Origin: Trichoplax adhaerens
Lineage: Eukaryota > Animalia > Placozoa
Assembly (NCBI RefSeq): GCF_000150275.1
Contig: NW_002061306.1
Span: forward strand, 1 to 6,388
Reading direction: 5' to 3'
DNA: 6,388 nt
A program made the position numbers and the translations under genes. The notes below the pieces were generated by a model. It did not search any database and was not told the DNA's origin. It worked only from the letters and a program-made list of their open reading frames with translations. Of this stretch, positions 1 through 6,388 are shown piece by piece. Within the stretch, counting starts at the first letter, position 1; each line of letters begins with the position of its first letter.

Positions 1-1769
1 AACTTATAGCATTGAAGAATAGTTTCTATTTGTCTAAAGTTAGCAATTCTCAAGAGGTAACCAGCTAGACACTATTCACTAGCTCTAGGGCCATAAAAGA
101 ATAATTTATTGCAGTTTTTAATGCAACTCCCATTAATGCTAATACGAACTTCCTGTTTATTTGCTTTATGTGAAACGTGACTAAAATTTATACCACTAGT
201 ACAAAGTCGATAATTAATTTACTGTTAAAAACTCTTGACGCTATGACTCATGGTGTTCAGATGTCGTGTGGATAACGTTGGCACAAATGACCAGATGGGT
301 TGAACCATTTTACGCCAAGAATGTCAAATTTGGATAATTAAAAAAGGTCATTCTTTGCCATTGAAGATAATGTTTGTTTCATGTTAGCAAGCTGAAATTA
401 GATTCATAATGGCGTAAGATGCATTAAGCAACTTTTTGACTTTTTCATGGTTATTCTTAATGAATATAGTTGAAAAAAGATTATTTGCCATTTTAGATTA
501 ATTCATAATAATATTAACATCACTTTAGATTAGACTGATTTTAGCCCTAAACATCAACTTTCGATAATGCTTTAATATCGAAAACTTAGATATGACTGAG
601 ATATGCTGTAGTAAAAGGAATTATTAAATAGGAATAAACTAAATTGATATAAGAAATGTTTGCCGGTCCCATTTAAGAATACTACAGTATAATATATTCA
701 TTATAATTCTATATTTTGTAAAATTCTGTATAAGCTTAAGGCTTTTAATAGATTAACAAAGATAAATAATAGATTAAATAATAGGTTTATGAATTAGTTC
801 CTTTGCAATTTATTTTATAATTGCTAATGTTATCTACCATTATGAGTTTTCGACCTTGAAGCGATTTTATAATATAATATAAGACGGTATATCTGCTACT
901 ACAGTACCACGGAAGTATAGCTTAATAACGAAAATGATATAGTTGATACAAGTGGCACTTCTTTTTTGCCTCTGGATCCTATGGTCAAGTGGCAAATTAT
1001 TAGATAATTTTTTAACATACTACACTAGAAGAAAATTATATTCAATTGGTAGCACTATAATAACTTTACCATGACAGTTAGAGTACTTAAATCATTTTCA
1101 CAGATCTAACTGAACTACAGTACACCGTACTTGTATCTGATCTAGTCCAGTTATGGTTTGAATAATACTAAGTCCATCTACAGAATGTGATTCCCTTGTC
1201 GCCGTCATCGGCATCGGTGTCAGAGCTCATTATCGGCGTATAAATTAATTTATTGTAGTTACTGCACAATATTAAATAGTGCGAGTTGTTTGCTTTGTTA
1301 TTTCATGAACTTAGCAGTACATATGTAGTGGAGGACTGCAAAAAAATTAATTTTCGTTCATTTTTTGAAGTCCTTGTTATGTCAGCGATGGTCTGATAAA
1401 AGAACTCACTTATAATTTTAAGTGCCTACAGCTATATAGCAAAAATATATCATATATGGAGGAATAAGTTCCTTAATTACACATAAAATTATAAGCCTAA
1501 CGCCTCCCTCAACAACAGAGACGCATCATTAAAGATCAGGCACGACTATCAGATAGTAGTTTACTCTTGGATGTCTATTTCGAACTAAAAAATTTCTTTA
1601 TTTTATAAATGCACATGTATGTATACATAGTAAGATACGCAGGTTTACATTAGCAAATTTTAGCTATAGCATATTATCTAAGGTATCTATTAGGTATCTA
1701 AACAGTTCAATAATAGATAAGCATTATATACCCACATATTTAATCGTAAAGCAAAGTTTTGAAAGCAAG

Positions 1770-1831
1770 TTATAGGTTCTATTCAATTTAATTGCAACAT
1801 CTTAAGGTAAGAAAGACTATCAATTCACTAA
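1770..1831. repeat. Non-coding 3'-flank/3'UTR block shared with copy B (partner at 5936-5997)
   Basis: 1770-1804 versus 5936-5970 match at 28/35 nt, and 44/62 nt over the full ungapped block. Both lie at a similar distance downstream of their stop codons. Confidence 0.7.
1787..1792 (-). terminator. Candidate polyadenylation signal ATTAAA of copy A
   Basis: Common variant hexamer about 230 nt after the stop, conserved at the equivalent position downstream of copy B (5953-5958). Such hexamers are frequent by chance in AT-rich DNA. Confidence 0.35.
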
Positions 1832-2011
1832 TAGTTTACGATGGTGCATACGATTATCATAATTAAATTAGAATGACCAAAATGAGTAAACTACTAGTAA
1901 GCTTCATTTATCTAACCAACATGATGAAGGTGTAACTGGATATCGATAGTCATTGCGTACGATATTGGTTGATAATAGGTACATCTAAGTACATTCACTA
2001 ATACTTTAAGG

Positions 2012-2017
2012 TTTATT
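2012..2017 (-). terminator. Candidate proximal polyadenylation signal AATAAA of copy A
   Basis: Canonical AATAAA 2 nt after the TAA stop; not conserved in copy B (AATCAG). Confidence 0.3.
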
Positions 2018-2019
2018 AG

Positions 2020-2757
2020 TTACAACATGGTGTGGGTTTGAGGTTCATAAAGACCTCCCAACCACCAGTTTGCTGTCGATGATCCATAAGAAGAGCATGT
2101 ATGCTTAGTACTGTAACCATTATAGTGACCAAAGTCTGATTCTTGATGCGATGGAACAGCACCAGGAAATTTATAACGTCCACAATACTTAGTCGTATGG
2201 GACGCTAAAAATGTCGGATGATAACTAGTGGATGCCCAGAACGGGAAATAACACCTGACACAAGCATTGCCTCGGACAATCACATAGTCAAATTGATGGC
2301 AACCAAATGAATACAAGTAGACTATATTGAGGTCACAGATATTATTTCGCATATAGTCATTACGTTCGATATCTTTAGTTAGATTCTGAGCATATTCGTT
2401 AAAGTTACAGGTTGCTCTCCAATGAGTTGTAGTGTTAATTGAATTAATAGTTCGCATGTTTGCTAATGACATTCTAAAAGCTGACCAATGTGCAGGATTG
2501 TTTTCATTGTATGGAGCATTGACAGTATAGCTACGTTGGAAACGCCAGGCGTTCGGAAGCTTGGAGCCATAAACACCAATATTACGATCAAATGATTCGA
2601 TTAGAGTCCATACAAATGGAGCATCACTTTTGAAATCGCAATAAGCATGATAGGCAGCATTTTTACTATCGTATATAATGTAAATGCCGTTTGTATTGAT
2701 ATTCGGGTTGATATATTTGATCTCTAAGCAACTTTTGGGCTTCAATCCTTTATAGGG
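2020..2757 (-). CDS. Exon 2 (last coding exon) of copy A: secreted divergent fibrinogen-related-domain (FReD/intelectin-like) protein, 245 aa in this exon
   Basis: Open frame from 2757 (CCC TAT AAA GGA TTG AAG CCC AAA AGT TGC = PYKGLKPKSC) to TAA at 2022-2020. The in-frame TAG just upstream (2760-2758, ...tcataatctaTAG) doubles as a 3' splice acceptor with a pyrimidine-rich tract. The N-terminal part has the fibrinogen C-terminal subdomain-A signature PKSC-x2-I...GIY-x-I...YCDF...WTLI. There are 9 Cys and two N-glycosylation sequons (NTT, NLT). Comparison with the paralog shows mostly third-position changes. Confidence 0.9.
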   Translation of the reverse strand, partial: PYKGLKPKSCLEIKYINPNINTNGIYIIYDSKNAAYHAYCDFKSDAPFVWTLIESFDRNIGVYGSKLPNAWRFQRSYTVNAPYNENNPAHWSAFRMSLANMRTINSINTTTHWRATCNFNEYAQNLTKDIERNDYMRNNICDLNIVYLYSFGCHQFDYVIVRGNACVRCYFPFWASTSYHPTFLASHTTKYCGRYKFPGAVPSHQESDFGHYNGYSTKHTCSSYGSSTANWWLGGLYEPQTHTML

Positions 2758-3418
2758 CTATAGATTATGATAAACCAGCGATTAAGAAAAGAGAAGAATG
2801 AGAATATATGTTTATAAAGGTAATAGATTTTAAAATTTTCATAAACTCAAAATAAAGTAGGCAATGGAGATGCTTATTCTGCTGTCTATATTGTGTACTA
2901 TCTGCTTTATTTTATCAACTCATACAGTGTAGAAGCAGTGTAGAGATTTTACAATTTGTAGAAGTAAGATAAAATCATTCCTTATCGTACTTTTTAGAAT
3001 TACTGATCGGCTGTTAGCTCTAATCATCCCTTACCATACCGGTATGAATTATAGAGTTGGGTAGTTTTGAAAATAGCGAGAATATATTAAGAAAGTATTG
3101 TAGCACATTACCGTACAATAGTTATCGATAACTTTTACTTAAATAATTCACTTATAGTTGCATTTCAATATTAAACATATGTATGCTCTAGTAGATACAA
3201 AATCGTACGGATATGGTATCCTTATTTGATGTCTTATTTAAATAAGTTTAGTCATATCTTAAATAAGTTTTAGAATTGTAGCTTAAATTATTTTGTAATT
3301 TTATTAAGGTTAGGTAAATTTCGGTAGTAGACGAAAGTGACTAAAGAAAGGTTAATTTCAAGCTAGCGTCATGCTTCTTTAGTAATATAGTAGATTACAG
3401 TTTAGAAATTAAACTAAC
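2758..3418 (-). other. Phase-0 spliceosomal GT-AG intron (661 nt) of copy A
   Basis: Donor GTTAGT at 3418-3413 and acceptor TAG at 2760-2758. The interior is AT-rich, with a CTTAAT branch-like motif at 2786-2781. A small internal exon cannot be excluded. Confidence 0.75.
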
Positions 3419-3496
3419 CAACTTTTCGTCGAGTACTTCGCCAAATGCAGCATGAATGACGATGTAGAGTAAGGCCAGGATTAACAAATTCTTCAT
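3419..3496 (-). CDS. Exon 1 of copy A: signal peptide MKNLLILALLYIVIHAAFG plus EVLDEKL
   Basis: AAAA-ATG start context at 3496 and 26 codons with a basic N-region, a hydrophobic core and an A-F-G|E cleavage-type site. It ends at TTG|GTTAGT, a phase-0 donor that matches the phase-0 acceptor at 2758 and joins into one open 271-aa protein. Confidence 0.8.
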
Positions 3497-3543
3497 TTTT
3501 CGTAATAGTTAGCAAAAATTACCAATACTTAAATGAATAGGAT

Positions 3544-3830
3544 TGGCACTATTTGATGAGAGGTAACAAACAACAAGATGAATTATAGACAACTAAACAT
3601 AAAATTATGCTATCAGAAATAGCCTATTTCTTTATTTAATAGCAAGATCAAGTTTGTCTGTGTTATAAATACTACTGTATGAGTGCTATAATTTTCATAA
3701 GATAGAGGATTATAGTATAGGCTGGCGCAGTGTAGCAATACAATGGCACTATTTCTTACACATTAAGCTCTTCATGACGGACAGTAAAATAAATAAATAA
3801 AATTCTATGGGATAGATGCGAAAATAGCCA
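3544..3830 (-). promoter_or_regulatory. Putative proximal promoter of copy A with repeated CTATTT-containing motifs
   Basis: TGGCACTATTT occurs at 3544-3554 and 3744-3754. A dyad AGAAATAG-C-CTATTTCT lies at 3615-3631 and a further AAATAG at 3822-3827. All are 50-330 nt upstream of the ATG. Confidence 0.3.
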
Positions 3831-4805
3831 TAGATTATGAATGACTACACTTCTTTTGTTACATTTTGGATCAACGGGTGTCTATTCCCTCGTCGCTCGT
3901 GTCATGGCCATCAGCAGAATAATTAACTAGAACTGGCCTTATTATTATTGTACTTGCGATGGGAACTTGTTTATTAAACTAATTCACGCTGATTATCATA
4001 GAAAACTCATACATTAAAGGAGTCTTAGTGCATATCTTCTATACCAGTTACATCACATAAAATTTTTGACGAACCATTCCGGATGCTGACAACTCTAACC
4101 CATTAAGTGTTCAATGTGTTCATGCAACATCTATTAAATTAAGGCAATAATTATGCCTTAATTCTTATAACCGACTAATACCATACGTGTCATATCATTC
4201 ACTTCGATTCGGTAGTTAATGGCAAAGTATGAGTATCAGCTTTATAAAGGCTTTCCAAATATGAAATGGATTTGCTATCTAAAAGTAGAACATATTCTCC
4301 TATTACAATAATTATTATAGAAATCAAAATTACTAGTGCAAACTCCCGTCGCTTTGCTGACGGTTTACGATAATGTGCTCATTTAACAGATAGTATTACC
4401 ATTTAATAGACCTGTCAGAGGTTCAGTAACTTTTTACCGTGTACTTGTAATACGGAATAGCATTTGATTCATGTATTTAAGTAAATATGATCAACAACAT
4501 AAACGAATTATTTATGTTGATAATCATGTACATACAGCGCTATACTTGGATATATAATTGTGAGGATAACAAACATGCCCGATAATATTTCATAGATCCA
4601 TTATTATATTGGTAAATTTTATTCTCTACAATTTATATTGTTGAATTACGTGTGGCAAATCTATTAATGAATTTTAGTGGAAGTATACAGATTCGCTACT
4701 GTAACTTTTTGTAATAATAAGTCTAACGTTAGAGCTAACGGTGTTCTGCCATATGATATACAAAATATAATAATTACTGTGGGTGCAAATATATCCTCAT
4801 ATGAT

Positions 4806-5271
4806 GAGATAGTGCAATTTCCGAACGCAAATTTTTGCACGCATTGTATCAGTATTTTGACCTAGAAAATTATCTCCGTTATCGATTCCTAGTTTTGTTG
4901 CTGGCATAATTGTTAAAATTGTATGTTACACTTCAACCCCTAGGTCATGTAAATTTATTCATGGTTTTATACATTAGTTGGTAAAAATGAATAAGCTTCC
5001 CGGTATGAGTTTGATGTTGATTTGAAGGAGCATTGATGATATAAAGATGTATCATCTCTTAAGTGGTATTTGATCAATGAGAGCCCCAGACTCTGTAATT
5101 ACGATGAAGGATGCGAACAAATGTTCAAATGCATATCATATCATTCTTGAAATTGTAATAAACTAGGCAACGATTTTGGCAGGTGTAAATTCTGTATGCA
5201 TTATTTTATTGATCTTAGGACTGAGATATTTGATCCTTGATCAAGTTTTAAGCTTTGGCTTCTCTAAAACT
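4806..5271 (-). pseudogene. Decayed unprocessed pseudogene of the same FReD-like family (5' ~60% of exon 2)
   Basis: 5207-5255 matches 2694-2742 at 37/49 nt ungapped. Colinear translated blocks versus copy A: KLKT*SRIKYLSPKIN / KPKSCLEIKYINPNIN; VYYNFKND / AYCDFKSD; I*TFVRILHRNYRVWGS / VWTLIESFDRNIGVYGS; YIINAPSN / YTVNAPYN; *SVTYNFNNYASNKTR / WRATCNFNEYAQNLTK; DTMRAKIC-x5-YL / DYMRNNIC-x5-YL. It has multiple stops and frameshifts. An acceptor-like tattttacttttcaagCAG is retained at 5274-5272. Confidence 0.85.
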
Positions 5272-5935
5272 CTGCTTGAAAAGTAAAATACGTATATTAA
5301 TTAAAGTGCGTGAAGTTATCTTTACATCTAATCTATTAGAATAGAAAGCGATTTCATGGTTGTTCGTGTGTACTTGCTGTATTTCAGAATTTATATGCTA
5401 CACTATATTACTGCGATAGAAAGAATTCATGAATTAATTAAAGGTGAAAGTAAGGTCTTAGTTTAATCTTCCTTAATAGAGTAATCGATGATAGGAGAGT
5501 AACCAATGATTGCTCTAGCTACTTATCAATTTATGGTTTATATGATACTGTTGCATATTTTCTATGGGAGTTACATACTGACTATACTATTAGTAAAGGA
5601 TGTATTCTGTGAGTAGAAGATTTATCATTTAGGAATCTAAATTTTAAAATCTGAAAACAAACGATTAGTATGAAAGTTTCTTTAAATGCAGATATACCAG
5701 TAAATCCGCGTTCTATATATTTTAAATATAGTTAGTCGTGAACGTCTGTTTTTAAAGTTTACATTTTTTATTTCAAAGTGCCTGTAAGTAAATAAAGATA
5801 AATGAAGTTATATCAATCAATTCAGTCAACGGTGCCCAATTTACCTAAGTTATTTTATCGGGTTATTATGCAATCTAACAGTAAATAAGAACCATATATT
5901 TATCATGGTATTTTGTATATTGAATGTGATTATAA

Positions 5936-5997
5936 TTATTGGTTTTACTGAATTTAATTCTAAAATCTTATAACAGGAAAGGCTACAGTTTTACTAA
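5936..5997. repeat. Non-coding 3'-flank/3'UTR block shared with copy A (partner at 1770-1831)
   Basis: Same alignment as above; contains a minus-strand ATTAAA at 5958-5953. Confidence 0.7.
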
Positions 5998-6158
5998 AGA
6001 TTATGGTGCTACATATGTTGATCAAGTTCGAATCATTCTACTAACTGCATCTAGCATCTAGCTAACTTAATGTGACAGGGTAGTATTCGCACACGACATA
6101 GTTTAGCATACAGTACATATACCTATTTTTGCTAATACTATACTTTAAAACTGATTAA

Positions 6159-6388
6159 TTACAACATAGTATGAGTTTGAGGTTCATAAAGGCCTCCTAA
6201 CCACCAGTTTGCAGTCGATGATCCGTAAGCAGAACATGCATGCTTGGTGCTGTAACCATTATAATGACTAAAGTCTGATTCTTGATGAGATGGATTAGAT
6301 TCAGGGAATTTATAGCGTCCACAATAGTTAACCGTATGGGAAGCCAAAAATGTCGGATGATAATTACCGGCTGCCCAGAAAGGGAAAT
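6159..6388 (-). CDS. 3' end of tandem paralog (copy B) of the FReD-like gene; truncated by the window edge
   Basis: The frame is open from the window end to TAA at 6161-6159: FPFWAAGNYHPTFLASHTVNYCGRYKFPESNPSHQESDFSHYNGYSTKHACSAYGSSTANWWLGGLYEPQTHTML. It aligns without gaps to 2020-2249: 64/75 aa identical and 32 differences in 230 nt, 17 of them synonymous codon changes (hand count). Confidence 0.9.
   Translation of the reverse strand, partial: FPFWAAGNYHPTFLASHTVNYCGRYKFPESNPSHQESDFSHYNGYSTKHACSAYGSSTANWWLGGLYEPQTHTML

Noticed and set aside
230-400. Moderately GC-richer segment with a minus-strand acceptor-like ctaatttcag and short frames on both strands
   Set aside because: All frames close within about 35 codons and show no similarity to the FReD family or any protein I recognise.
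948-994. Direct repeat CAAGTGGCA x2 and a short hydrophobic plus-strand frame
   Set aside because: A 9-mer repeat is compatible with chance, and the frame is cut off from its ATG by an in-frame TAG.
2743-2745. TTG start codons assigned to the 241-aa ORF (and at 6345-6347 to the 62-aa ORF)
   Set aside because: Both are internal Leu codons. Copy A extends to the splice acceptor at 2758, and the copy B frame stays open to the window edge.
4418-4425. GAGGTTCA match to the Glu-Pro codons near the family C-terminus, as a possible 3' end of the pseudogene
   Set aside because: Only 8 nt, the spacing is about 110 nt off, and there is no flanking peptide similarity.
4677-4865. 62-aa plus-strand ORF from the ORF track
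   Set aside because: GTG start in a eukaryotic context, no recognisable motifs, and it partly overlaps the antisense strand of the pseudogene; probably a chance frame.
4933-5243. TGA recoding (Trp or selenocysteine) at conserved Cys/Trp positions of the middle copy
   Set aside because: The same region has frameshifts, a TAA stop and loss of other Cys residues. TGG/TGC to TGA are single-base nonsense changes, and the intact copies use TGG for Trp.
6047-6062. Micro tandem duplications (GCATCTA x2 here; AGGTATCTA x2 at 1681-1700)
   Set aside because: Two-unit slippage-type repeats with no array structure; not CRISPR or satellite.
6159-6388. Diversity-generating retroelement template/variable repeat pair with 2020-2249
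   Set aside because: Differences are not adenine-specific, 17 are synonymous codon changes, both copies are coding with homologous 3' flanks, and no reverse transcriptase is present. Ordinary gene duplication explains it.

Overview
AT-rich (roughly 30% GC by eye) eukaryotic-looking genomic DNA. It carries a head-to-tail, minus-strand array of a divergent fibrinogen-related-domain (FReD-like) gene family. (1) A complete two-exon gene (copy A): a signal-peptide exon at 3496-3419 that the ORF track missed, a 661-nt GT-AG intron and exon 2 at 2757-2020, giving a predicted 271-aa secreted Cys/Trp/Tyr-rich protein. (2) A heavily decayed pseudogene of the same family at about 5271-4806, which is absent from the ORF track. 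(3) The 3' end of a second, apparently intact paralog (copy B, 6388-6159), 86% identical to copy A at nucleotide level, with amino-acid changes clustered in short patches and an invariant C-terminal tail. The two intact copies also share a non-coding 3' block. Base composition, intron style and protein family suggest an invertebrate, possibly non-bilaterian animal (placozoan or cnidarian-like); this is inference only. No RNA genes, CRISPR arrays or recognisable transposons were seen.
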